Below, in pieces: positions 18,177-27,143 of a stretch of DNA of 56,879 nucleotides. The translations under genes were made by a program, and so were the position numbers. The notes beneath the pieces were generated by a model that was given only the letters and a program-made list of their open reading frames with translations, searched no databases and was not told the origin of the DNA. Source of the stretch: Legionellaceae bacterium UBA2794 (GTDB taxonomy: Bacteria; Pseudomonadota; Gammaproteobacteria; Legionellales; Legionellaceae); contig DEHS01000088.1 of the NCBI GenBank assembly GCA_002352055.1, forward strand, positions 23,151 to 80,029, written 5' to 3'. The stretch's first letter is position 1. Each line of letters opens with the position of its first letter.

Positions 18177-18487
18177 CTAAATAGTTTCAAGTCGTAACAC
18201 TTGATACGATGGTGTTTCATAGGGGTGAGCTTCTTTTAATGCAGCCAGGGCATCTTTAATTTGATCTTCGGTGCAAATAATTTCCACCTTATATTCAGGG
18301 ACTCGTTCTAATTGGTTGACTTCACCAATAAATGCATTGCTGCCAGATAAAGGCATAAATTGACCTTCGCCTAAAGTTTGCCATGCACAATGAGAATAAT
18401 GACCAATACTTCCCGCACCCACCGCAAAGACTGCATTTTTTGTAACTTCCAGATGTGTTTCAGGAACAAGAAAAAAAGTAGATACAT
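18177..18487 (-). pseudogene. COG3323-type PII-like small protein (YqfO/NIF3-insert-like), frameshifted at an A7/T7 run
   Basis: The track ORF 18177-18422 lacks a proper start. Upstream, ATG 18485-18487 gives MYLLFF in another frame. Adding one T to the T7 run (plus-strand A7 at 18471-18477) yields MYLLFFLVPETHLEVTKNAVFAVGAGSIGHYSHCAWQTLGEGQF... (103 aa), the canonical N-terminus of this family. The 311-nt length is not divisible by 3. Confidence 0.6.
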
Positions 18488-18582
18488 AGTCAATCGCTTT
18501 TAGTTAGCATGTTATTCAAAAGTTCAGAATTTGGGTTTTGTAACAGTTCCTCTTTTTGGGCTTTTGAGCAGTATTAATCATT

Positions 18583-19182
18583 TTAGGAAATCTTATTCAT
18601 TTTTAAAAATTCTAAATGTGCTTTCACAGTCGGCCATTCATTTGCAATAATGCTATAAACGTAAGTATCTCGCAATGTTCCATTGGGCATAATCATATGG
18701 TTTCTTAAGACTCCATCAAGTTTTGCACCAAGTCGTTCTATGCCTTTTCTACTTTGATAATTAAAAGCATGTGTACGAAATTCAACCGCAATGCAATTCA
18801 TGGTTTCAAAGGCATGGGATAATAGCAAAAGCTTACATTCAGTATTAATGGTGGTGCGTTGAGCACTTTTTCGATACCATGTTCCACCGATTTCGACTCG
18901 GCGATTTTCTCGATCAATATTCATGAATGTAGTCATCCCAATTGCTTTTTTTGACTGATTGTCAATTACTGTGAAGGGAAGCATGGACTCTTCTTGTTGC
19001 ATTTTTAAACGAAGATTAATGTTTTCTTTAAGCTTACTGGGTTCTGGAACAAAGGTATACCAAAGTTTATATAAATTCCCATCGTTTACTGCTTCAACAA
19101 GATCATCATGATGTTCATGTGATAAAGGGATTAGGGTACAATAATCTCCCGATAATTTTATGGAATGAAATCCATTATTCAT
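18583..19182 (-). CDS. GNAT (RimJ/RimL-type, Acetyltransf_3) N-acetyltransferase
   Basis: IGGTWY, AVEFRTHAFNYQSRKGIERLGAKLDGVLRNH. ATG at 19182. Confidence 0.75.
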   Translation of the reverse strand: MNNGFHSIKLSGDYCTLIPLSHEHHDDLVEAVNDGNLYKLWYTFVPEPSKLKENINLRLKMQQEESMLPFTVIDNQSKKAIGMTTFMNIDRENRRVEIGGTWYRKSAQRTTINTECKLLLLSHAFETMNCIAVEFRTHAFNYQSRKGIERLGAKLDGVLRNHMIMPNGTLRDTYVYSIIANEWPTVKAHLEFLKMNKIS

Positions 19183-19268
19183 ATGCGTCAACACCAATAA
19201 ATAGATTGATAATATGGCGCTATCGATGTTACGTGAAGAAACAGTCAGGAACTTAAGGTATTTTAAAA

Positions 19269-20231
19269 ATGAATTACTCCGAACAATCTCACCTAGAGAT
19301 GATCAATACAATTATTGCTCATCATTTTAATGAAATACCCAAATCAATTAACCGAATTACGATAGGTATTTGTAATGAGGTCTATGGTGTTGCTCTAAGT
19401 AATAAAGCAGTAATTGTTCGTTTAAGTCCTACTGACAAATACTTGCGTGGCTCTCAACTGCACATTCCAGAATTTAAAGCATTAGACATCAAAGTCCCAG
19501 ATATCTTGGCAGAAGATTACAGTCAAGCGTTTATTCCCTTTTGTTATCAAATACAAAATAAAATAGAGGGACAGGATTTAGGCTTGGTCATTGAGTCTTT
19601 GAATCAAAGTCAACTCAAGATGTTGGCGCATGAGATTGCAGTTATTTTTAGAAAAGTAAAAACATTAGCTGTGACTGCTCAATTTGGTGTGGTTTGGGGT
19701 GGAGATAATGATCTAAATGATAGTTGGTCAGAGCGAATGAAACTGTGGGTGGAAGAATCCATAGAGCGTGGCAAGAGTACAGGAGTCATGGATTCTGAAA
19801 TGGAATCTATTGCAACCCAACTTTATCGGGATTACACAACTTATTTTAATTCGATAAAACCCATCATGTACTATGGAGATATTTGCTCAAAAAATGTGAT
19901 GATTCATGAAGGATTATTTAATGGATTGGTGGATTTGGATGGTTTAACCCAAGGAGATCCTTTAGAAGCGTTGGGTCGGATCAAATTAAGTTGGTTTGAT
20001 ACGCCTTATGGTGATTTTTATAGTAATGCCATTATGGAAGAGCTTGCGCTGGATAAAGAGCAATACCAATTGGTAATCCTGTATGCTTTATTGAATCAAA
20101 TTTCCTGGGCTTGTGAAAATGGAATTCAATTTAATCAAAATACAAAACCGGTAGTCAATTGGGAAAAGGCTAATAAGGATAAAGCCAGGATTAAGAAATT
20201 ATTCAATTTATTGAGAAATTATGAGCCGTAA
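19269..20231 (+). CDS. APH-fold phosphotransferase family protein
   Basis: YGDICSKNVMI (catalytic loop, H replaced by Y) and LVDLDGLTQGDPLEAL. Confidence 0.65.
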   Translation: MNYSEQSHLEMINTIIAHHFNEIPKSINRITIGICNEVYGVALSNKAVIVRLSPTDKYLRGSQLHIPEFKALDIKVPDILAEDYSQAFIPFCYQIQNKIEGQDLGLVIESLNQSQLKMLAHEIAVIFRKVKTLAVTAQFGVVWGGDNDLNDSWSERMKLWVEESIERGKSTGVMDSEMESIATQLYRDYTTYFNSIKPIMYYGDICSKNVMIHEGLFNGLVDLDGLTQGDPLEALGRIKLSWFDTPYGDFYSNAIMEELALDKEQYQLVILYALLNQISWACENGIQFNQNTKPVVNWEKANKDKARIKKLFNLLRNYEP

Positions 20232-21195
20232 TGAATTGCATTTTACTGATCAAGAGCTGATTGATTATTTATATGAAGGTTTTAAGGTTCAGGCTTTAAC
20301 ACTTCATTTTATTGAGGTGGGTTCTTTTTATGGGTTTATTGTGGAGACGAACCTGGATAAAAAATACTTCCTCAAAGTTTATCCTAAACATCAATCATTA
20401 GTGCCCATCCACCCAACAATGGATTCACTGAATCAAACAGGTATTGCTTTAAATCGTTTCAAAAAAGAATTTGGTCTAACCAACATCTCCCATATGCTTG
20501 CAAATCTTCACGGGGATTATTGTTTTGAGACCAAAGAATTAGTTTTAACTTTGTTTGATTATATTGAAGGAGTTCACCCCACTTATTCACCTAATCAACT
20601 TTTAGCAGATAAGATGGCATCTATTCTTTTTCAATTGCATCAAATACCCATTGAGTCTTTCTCATCGTTTGAGAGAGAACATTTTGATATCAGTTATGCA
20701 CTAGGAATGAATGATTGGATTAATCACAAAGTGAAAATTATTGATTCAATACATTCTAAAGAGATGCTGTCTCTATTAGAAAAACATAAAGAGCAATTAC
20801 TAAATAAATTGATTCAATTACAGGGATGGAAGAAACATTTTATCCAACAGAAGATTCCTTTTGTCATTACTCATGGTGACCCACATCATTATAATGTTCT
20901 GCAAACACCATTGGATGTATGGCTGGTTGATTGGGATGGAATAAAAATTGCCCCGAGGGAAAGAGATCTTTGGCATTATGAGCAAGCGCCAATGATTCAG
21001 TTTTATCAGAAATTAAATCCACAATATAAAACTAATCCTAAATTATGCCAATTCTATCAGCTGCAGCGATTCTTTGAAGACAGTCGTTATTATCTGGAAC
21101 AGGTTTTATTAGGAAAAAATAAAACAATGCAGCAGTCAGAAGAAGATAAAAATGCATTTTTATCGCATTGGGGATGGTCTATTTGTTTCATATAA
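20221..21195 (+). CDS. APH-fold phosphotransferase family protein
   Basis: ITHGDPHHYNVL and LVDWDGIKIAPRERDLW. 11-nt overlap with the upstream kinase gene. Confidence 0.7.
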   Translation: MSRNELHFTDQELIDYLYEGFKVQALTLHFIEVGSFYGFIVETNLDKKYFLKVYPKHQSLVPIHPTMDSLNQTGIALNRFKKEFGLTNISHMLANLHGDYCFETKELVLTLFDYIEGVHPTYSPNQLLADKMASILFQLHQIPIESFSSFEREHFDISYALGMNDWINHKVKIIDSIHSKEMLSLLEKHKEQLLNKLIQLQGWKKHFIQQKIPFVITHGDPHHYNVLQTPLDVWLVDWDGIKIAPRERDLWHYEQAPMIQFYQKLNPQYKTNPKLCQFYQLQRFFEDSRYYLEQVLLGKNKTMQQSEEDKNAFLSHWGWSICFI

Positions 21196-21213
21196 AAATT
21201 ATAAATAAAATGC

Positions 21214-21244
21214 TTGACCTTGCCGCAACGTCAACCTTTATCGT
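21214..21244 (+). promoter_or_regulatory. MerR-type promoter with 19-bp spacer and internal dyad
   Basis: TTGACC (21214-21219), a 19-nt spacer, then TATCGT (21239-21244). The spacer is bounded by the dyad TTGAC...GTCAA. It lies 26 nt upstream of the MerR/TipA-like gene. Confidence 0.55.
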
Positions 21245-21269
21245 GTGTTTGTAATTAAGAGGAACAATT

Positions 21270-22028
21270 ATGAAGTACACGATTAAACAGTTGGCTAGGT
21301 TATCTGGGGTAAGTACTCGTACTTTGCGTTTTTATGATGAAATTGGTTTGTTAAAACCTGCTTTTTATGGTGAGAACCAATACCGTTACTATCAAGAAGA
21401 ACAACTTCTGTTGTTACAGCAAATCTTGTTTTTTCGTGAGCTTGAATTTCCTCTTAATGAAATCAAGCGGATTTTGAGTGCTGATGATTTTGATAAAATA
21501 AATTCATTACAACAACATAAATCCTCTTTGCAATCCAAAGTTGAGCGCACCCAAACGCTAATTCAAACGATTGATAAAACCATTTCCCATATAAGAGGAC
21601 ATAAAATGCGTACTGAAGAACTATTTGATGGGTTTGACCCCAAAAAACAACAAGAGCATGAACAATATATGCTTGATACAGGAATGATGTCACAACAACA
21701 AATTGATGACAGTTGGCAACGCGTTGCTCACTGGAAAAAGCCTGATTGGGAACAATTTAAAGGTGCAGGAGAAAAACTGCATTTGCAGCTTGTGGCAGCA
21801 CTCAAACAAGGTGAATCAGTAGATTCGAAGAGTGTTCAAAAAATGATTCAACAGCATTACGATTGGGTTAATAATTTTTGGACGCCCACGAAGGAAACTT
21901 ATTTAGGGCTTGGCCAAATGTATTTAGACCATCCAGATTTTCGTGAGTTCTATAATCGCTTTCATCCTGATTTAGTCGAGTATCTGGTTGCGGCGATGAA
22001 GGTGTTTGCCGATAAAAATTTAAAATAA
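21270..22028 (+). CDS. MerR-family regulator, TipAL/Mta-like (HTH + TipAS ligand domain)
   Basis: YTIKQLARLSGVSTRTLRFYDEIGLLKP, plus C-terminal HYDWVNNFWTP..YLGLGQMYLDHPDFREFY. Confidence 0.85.
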   Translation: MKYTIKQLARLSGVSTRTLRFYDEIGLLKPAFYGENQYRYYQEEQLLLLQQILFFRELEFPLNEIKRILSADDFDKINSLQQHKSSLQSKVERTQTLIQTIDKTISHIRGHKMRTEELFDGFDPKKQQEHEQYMLDTGMMSQQQIDDSWQRVAHWKKPDWEQFKGAGEKLHLQLVAALKQGESVDSKSVQKMIQQHYDWVNNFWTPTKETYLGLGQMYLDHPDFREFYNRFHPDLVEYLVAAMKVFADKNLK

Positions 22029-22058
22029 AATTGAGGAAGATTTTGTTTGAGAGGTTTT

Positions 22059-22922
22059 ATGAAGACTAATTCTAGTATCCTTAAACTTAAAGATGGCAGA
22101 CATCTTGGATTTGCAGAGTATGGTTCTAGCAATGGATTTCCCATATTATTTGTTCATGGGTTACCGGGAAGCCGTCTTGAAGCAGAGAAATTGCACGCGA
22201 CTGCTCTTAAAGTCCAAGTGCGATTAATAGGTTTGGATAGGCCAGGAATGGGTCTATCGTCGCCTCAAAAAAATCGGACATTATTGGACTATCCAGAAGA
22301 TATAATAGAATTTGCTTCTCTATTAAATTTAAAAAAATTCTCTATCGTAGGGCATTCTGGTGGTGCACCTTATGTTGCTGCTTGTGCTTATCACATTTCC
22401 AAGATGCTTCATAAAGCAGTGATTGTTTCAGGTATGGCGCCATTGACTCATCCAGAAGTAATGAATAGCTTATCTAAAACACAAAAGTTAATGAACTGGA
22501 TGGTTCGTTATTTTCCTATGATGGTAAAATTCATGCTGAACATGTCATGCAAATCTTTGGAAAATCCCAATCAATTAAGAAAAATGCTAAAGCAATTGCC
22601 CGAAGTGGATGCAAAAGTTTTTGAAAACACTCATGACAAAGAAGCAATAGTTTTAGCATTAAAAGAAGCATTTAGGCAAAATGCTTCTTGGGTAGTTGAG
22701 GAGTTTAAACTCCTTTTAAAACCTTGGGGATTTGATTTAAAGCAAATTCAATGTCCATTGATTGTTTGGCAAGGAGGGAACGACAAACAAGCACCCGTTA
22801 AGCACGCGGAACTCTATGCGCAACAAGTGCCAGAAGCAGAATATAAATTTTTAGAAAAAGAAGGCCATATTTCGTTGTTGTACAATTATGGCGAACACAT
22901 TTTAATAAGCGCTTCGCAATGA
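22059..22922 (+). CDS. alpha/beta hydrolase
   Basis: HGLPGS, nucleophile elbow GHSGGA, C-terminal GH. ATG at 22059. Confidence 0.8.
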   Translation: MKTNSSILKLKDGRHLGFAEYGSSNGFPILFVHGLPGSRLEAEKLHATALKVQVRLIGLDRPGMGLSSPQKNRTLLDYPEDIIEFASLLNLKKFSIVGHSGGAPYVAACAYHISKMLHKAVIVSGMAPLTHPEVMNSLSKTQKLMNWMVRYFPMMVKFMLNMSCKSLENPNQLRKMLKQLPEVDAKVFENTHDKEAIVLALKEAFRQNASWVVEEFKLLLKPWGFDLKQIQCPLIVWQGGNDKQAPVKHAELYAQQVPEAEYKFLEKEGHISLLYNYGEHILISASQ

Positions 22923-22940
22923 AGAATAGCCCCTTATGAA

Positions 22941-23705
22941 TTAGATTAACCGACCGCCGTTACAACCTCCATCAATGACTAATTCACTGGCCGTAATAAA
23001 TTTAGATTCATCTGATGCAAGATATAAAATGCCATAAGCAATGTCTAACGGTTCACCCATATGACCCATTGGTTGTAATTTATCTTGTTGCGCACGAGCC
23101 TCTGAATAATTTCCAGATTTTTGCGCAATTTCCTCAGTTAAAGCCGTGCGGATATATCCTGGATGAATTGAATTGACTCTGATTCTATCTTTAACATAAA
23201 GCATGGCATCTGTTTTACTCATTAGTCGCACGGCACCTTTGGCAGCGTGATTTGCAGGATAATCAGGTGTACCTAATAATCCATGAAGAGATGAAACATT
23301 GATAATACTACCTCCACCAGCCTTCTTTAAGTAGGGGACTACATGCTTGGTGCAAAAAAGCACACCTTTAACACTTACCGCCATCACTTTATCCCAATCT
23401 TCTTCAAGAAATTCATGAGTAGGATTATTACTTCCAATGATAGCTGCATTATTGACTAATACATCAATGCGTCCAAATTGATTGGCAACTTCTTGTATGA
23501 CTTGCTTCACTTCATTTTCAAAACGTGTGTCCATATGCCAAAATTCAGCTCGCCCACCTTCTTGTTTAATTTTTTGTACTGTATTTTTTCCAGCACTATC
23601 ATTAATGTCGGTTAAAGCGATCATTGCTCCTTCTTTTGCAAGAAGATGGCATGTAGCTTCACCAATTCCTGTGGTACCACCTGTAATAACAATGACCTTA
23701 TTCAA
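22941..23705 (-). CDS. short-chain dehydrogenase/reductase with non-canonical active-site motif
   Basis: TGGTTGIG, NNAAI, NVSSLHG. At the YxxxK position the sequence reads PANHAAKGAV (no Tyr). Confidence 0.8.
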   Translation of the reverse strand: MNKVIVITGGTTGIGEATCHLLAKEGAMIALTDINDSAGKNTVQKIKQEGGRAEFWHMDTRFENEVKQVIQEVANQFGRIDVLVNNAAIIGSNNPTHEFLEEDWDKVMAVSVKGVLFCTKHVVPYLKKAGGGSIINVSSLHGLLGTPDYPANHAAKGAVRLMSKTDAMLYVKDRIRVNSIHPGYIRTALTEEIAQKSGNYSEARAQQDKLQPMGHMGEPLDIAYGILYLASDESKFITASELVIDGGCNGGRLI

Positions 23706-23781
23706 AACTCGTGTAATTAATTCTCCTAAAAATAAGCATTATTAAAGCAGAGCAAATTATATAGGAATTATTTTTGCACAA

Positions 23782-24102
23782 CTATAAAGAACTATTGGCA
23801 AGTCCCTTTAGGCTATTAAATTTAACAATAGTTTCATTGGCAATAGCAGTAATTTTTTCTTTATTAAAATTAAAATGGTGTACGGCTAATTCTTTAACAA
23901 TCCCATTAATTTGTATAATTAATTTTTGACAATATTCTTCTAATTGGTTTACCTCTTTTATTTCAGAGTTATTGTTTACAACTAAAAGGCCAATCTCCAC
24001 CAACCGGGTTATTGTATAAGATAATGAATCATTTTCTTGCTCAGCTATTTTTACAATTTGGTGGTGAATATCCTGGGGGATGTTGATGCTAATTTTAGTC
24101 AT
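23782..24102 (-). CDS. possible ribbon-helix-helix (CopG/Arc-like) DNA-binding protein
   Basis: MTKISINIPQDIHHQIVKIAEQENDSLSYTITRLVEIGL fits a beta-alpha-alpha RHH start. ATG at 24102, by arithmetic from the track ORF. Confidence 0.4.
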   Translation of the reverse strand: MTKISINIPQDIHHQIVKIAEQENDSLSYTITRLVEIGLLVVNNNSEIKEVNQLEEYCQKLIIQINGIVKELAVHHFNFNKEKITAIANETIVKFNSLKGLANSSL

Positions 24103-24215
24103 AGAAGATTCCTTATGCGATTTATTGGAATTTTTAAAGGATGCCTCCATGCATACCATTTTCAGTTTGATTAGATCACATTAATTTATATATTTCAATA
24201 AGATATACTTGAAGA

Positions 24216-24239
24216 GTAGGAAAATATTCCTACTTTTTT
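24216..24239 (+). terminator. intrinsic-terminator-like hairpin + T6 with no upstream plus-strand ORF
   Basis: GTAGGAA-AATA-TTCCTAC (24216-24233) followed by TTTTTT (24234-24239). Confidence 0.35.
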
Positions 24240-24517
24240 GGGCCTAAAATGTAAGGGTAAGAATTCATTCTTACCAGAATTTGTTTCTTTTTAGAACATT
24301 GCTTGAAATTTTTCACTCGTACTTTGAAAATTTCAGATTATTTCTTTAAAATACAATAAGTTAACTAGACTGCAACCTGCAGCGAAAGGTGTGCTGGCTT
24401 TATTTTATATTGCTTGATTTTTTTTATTCGAATATTTTTTAGAGTTGTATGAATGGTCCTTTTTACAGCGCATTATTGCTGCGCGCTTGTGGCAAGCATT
24501 GTCTCCTAGGACAGATT

Positions 24518-24940
24518 TTAAGACAATTCTTCTATTATTTTTTTTAAATTAATTGCTACTTGTGAGTTTGTTGCCTGCTGTTTTACGGGGCACTGTGGCT
24601 CAACCCAACCAAATCCATCATTTTTATATCGTGGAAATACATGCATATGATAGTGATTAACATCATTAAAATATCCACCATTCTGCATCATGCTAACTCC
24701 ATCTGGATAATACTGTTTCTTAAGTGCTACGGATAATAAAGCTGCAGTATTCATTATATCTAATCGGGTCGCTTGATCGGATTCTTCAATATCTAAAATA
24801 TGGTTTTTCGGAACAATCAAAGTATGCCCTTCATGGATCGGATCAATGTCTAAAAAGCAACAAACAAACTCAGTTTGATAAACGATGTTAGCAGGTTCTA
24901 TTCCATTGGCTAAATTACAAAATAGACATGAATTTATCAT
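24518..24940 (-). CDS. HIT (histidine triad) family hydrolase
   Basis: CLFC zinc motif and HYHMHVFPR histidine triad. Confidence 0.85.
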   Translation of the reverse strand: MINSCLFCNLANGIEPANIVYQTEFVCCFLDIDPIHEGHTLIVPKNHILDIEESDQATRLDIMNTAALLSVALKKQYYPDGVSMMQNGGYFNDVNHYHMHVFPRYKNDGFGWVEPQCPVKQQATNSQVAINLKKIIEELS

Positions 24941-25039
24941 GAATAAACTCTATAAAATTTTTGGATAATAATTTTACTCTAGATGATTATTTTGTAAAAT
25001 TAAAATTAAAGATCATGATGGTCCTAGGTTGGTGAAGAA

Positions 25040-25819
25040 ATGAACGATAAACATAAACTTGGCTTGCCGCTTGAATATCAACAAATGCCTGAATATTTTG
25101 ATGCGCATAATGTAAGTGAAGAAACGGACGCTAAAAATGCTGTAATTGAAAAACTCTTAAATGAGCATCGTGTTAAGACTGTACTGGATATGACTTGTGG
25201 TACAGGCTCCCAAGTATTTTATCTGGTTGATCGTGGATATGAAGTAGTTGGTAGTGATTTTAGCCCTGCGCTTATAAAGGTTGCTCGTAAAAAAGCTAAA
25301 AGCTTAGGAAAAAATATAATGTTTATTGATGGTGATATGCGAGACCTTCATGCTGGCACATTTGATGCCATTATTACTATTTTTAATGCAATTGGCCATT
25401 TAACCCGAACGGACTTTGAAAAAGCGTTACAAAATGTTCATGCTAATCTAAAGGCCGGTGGTCTGTATGTTTTTGATATTTTTAATTTACAGGCGATTAC
25501 CGATGATATTATTGGTAATTTTAAGATGGACATTGAAAGTGTCGTCAACGGAGTCAAAATCCGCAATGTTCAGCATTCTGAAGTTGATCGGAAAAATGGA
25601 CTGCTTACCTCTCATGATCACTACACGATTGCTAAAGGCGAGAACGAGCCGGAAATATATACTAATAGTTTTAGCTTGCAAATATATACTTCCAAAGAAT
25701 TACAGGCAATGCTTGCTCGAAATGGATTTGAAATGGTCCATCAGTATGATATGGATGGAAATGATTTTATTCCCGACAGAAGCTTGAATATGCTAACAAT
25801 AGCCAAAAGGCAGGAGTGA
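25040..25819 (+). CDS. class I SAM-dependent methyltransferase
   Basis: VLDMTCGTGSQ..YEVVGSDFS, IDGDMRDL. Confidence 0.8.
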   Translation: MNDKHKLGLPLEYQQMPEYFDAHNVSEETDAKNAVIEKLLNEHRVKTVLDMTCGTGSQVFYLVDRGYEVVGSDFSPALIKVARKKAKSLGKNIMFIDGDMRDLHAGTFDAIITIFNAIGHLTRTDFEKALQNVHANLKAGGLYVFDIFNLQAITDDIIGNFKMDIESVVNGVKIRNVQHSEVDRKNGLLTSHDHYTIAKGENEPEIYTNSFSLQIYTSKELQAMLARNGFEMVHQYDMDGNDFIPDRSLNMLTIAKRQE

Positions 25820-25862
25820 TTCAATTTCCTGTTAATGCTTTGAGTACATATAATGAGCTGTC

Positions 25863-26546
25863 TTAGTCTAAATTCTCTTTTTCTTGTTCTAGCCATGCTA
25901 AAAATGCTTCTCGATCGGACTTGCTCAGACTAGAAAATTTATTTTTGACCGATTCAATTGGTTCTAATTTTTTTCGAGGAATAGGCGCCCAAGCTTCTTT
26001 TAGTTTAATTTTATTTTGTACTACATCATCATAGGCTTGCGGATCTTGTTTTTTCAGCTTAAGAAGTAGCCCATCATTTGACTTGGAACGCGAGGGTAAA
26101 TAAGTAATAACATTTTCCGGAATAAGATGAGGGTTAGTATCATCATAATCTGTTAAATGTCCACCCAACTCTTTAATTTGGATCTTTTTTTCCTTAGCAT
26201 AAGTCCTAACACTGGAATCCACTTCGCCAAGAACATCTGCCCAATGAGCTGCATGCTGATTCTTTTTATTCATCGCAGATTTTAATAACCACAGCATTTC
26301 ATTGTTAGTAATGCCAAGACCTTCGGGTGCTTGATTAAGCGCATATTCCCCAAAATTGTTAAACTCATTATTTCTGGTTTTCCAAGCTTCCTGCTTAATT
26401 ATTTGTGAAATTAATTTAGGTAGATTTTGAAATATAAGCTGGTTTGATTCATTAATATATTGGATAGCCAGGGCATGTAACTCATCATCCGTGAGTGTAG
26501 ACATCTCATCATTGGTTATATTATTTGATGTTTGCATTGATTGCAT
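25863..26546 (-). CDS. hypothetical protein
   Basis: 227-aa ORF, last gene of a tightly spaced minus-strand run. No motif recognised. Confidence 0.45.
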   Translation of the reverse strand: MQSMQTSNNITNDEMSTLTDDELHALAIQYINESNQLIFQNLPKLISQIIKQEAWKTRNNEFNNFGEYALNQAPEGLGITNNEMLWLLKSAMNKKNQHAAHWADVLGEVDSSVRTYAKEKKIQIKELGGHLTDYDDTNPHLIPENVITYLPSRSKSNDGLLLKLKKQDPQAYDDVVQNKIKLKEAWAPIPRKKLEPIESVKNKFSSLSKSDREAFLAWLEQEKENLD

Positions 26547-26571
26547 CCTATCTCCGTTACTTGTTCATTTA

Positions 26572-27132
26572 TTACTTTATTTCATCAATAATTTTCAAAA
26601 TATATTCTGCTCGTTCAGTAATAGAGACTTTTGGTATTTCTACTACATCGTATCCACAGTTTAAATACCCTTCTTTAACTGCATGATAAGTTTCTATTGC
26701 TTCATCAAAATCCTGCTTTCTCTCAGTATCATGGCAATAAATCTCAGGCCAGGGAGGGAAGAGGAATGTCTTTTGGTTATATCGATAGTGATTCACTGCC
26801 TCAATAATTTCTGAACTTACTCCACCACAAAATCGTTCAGAGTAGCTATACAAATCTGGAATACCGCGATCAAAGAATATTATTCTTTCGGTAACGGGTA
26901 CCATTTTTGTATAATCTGTGATGGATTTTTTGAGCATTAAATCACAATAATCGATTCTATTACCAGTATGGGTCGCATTGCCACCAGTAGCATGTTGATT
27001 TTTGATAATATCACGTGCTGCTTCAGCTATAACTAAATGTCCTTGTTGTTTTAATTCTTCTAATACAGTTGTTTTACCTGCGCCAGGACCACCGGTAAAT
27101 AAATAAAAATTCGGACTGTGGATTGAATTCAT
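26572..27132 (-). CDS. AAA_28-type P-loop ATPase
   Basis: ATG at 27132 (MNSIHSPNFYLFTGGPGAGKTT). FFDRGIPD. Paralogous to 49787-50320. Confidence 0.65.
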   Translation of the reverse strand: MNSIHSPNFYLFTGGPGAGKTTVLEELKQQGHLVIAEAARDIIKNQHATGGNATHTGNRIDYCDLMLKKSITDYTKMVPVTERIIFFDRGIPDLYSYSERFCGGVSSEIIEAVNHYRYNQKTFLFPPWPEIYCHDTERKQDFDEAIETYHAVKEGYLNCGYDVVEIPKVSITERAEYILKIIDEIK

Positions 27133-27143
27133 TGGTTTCTCTA

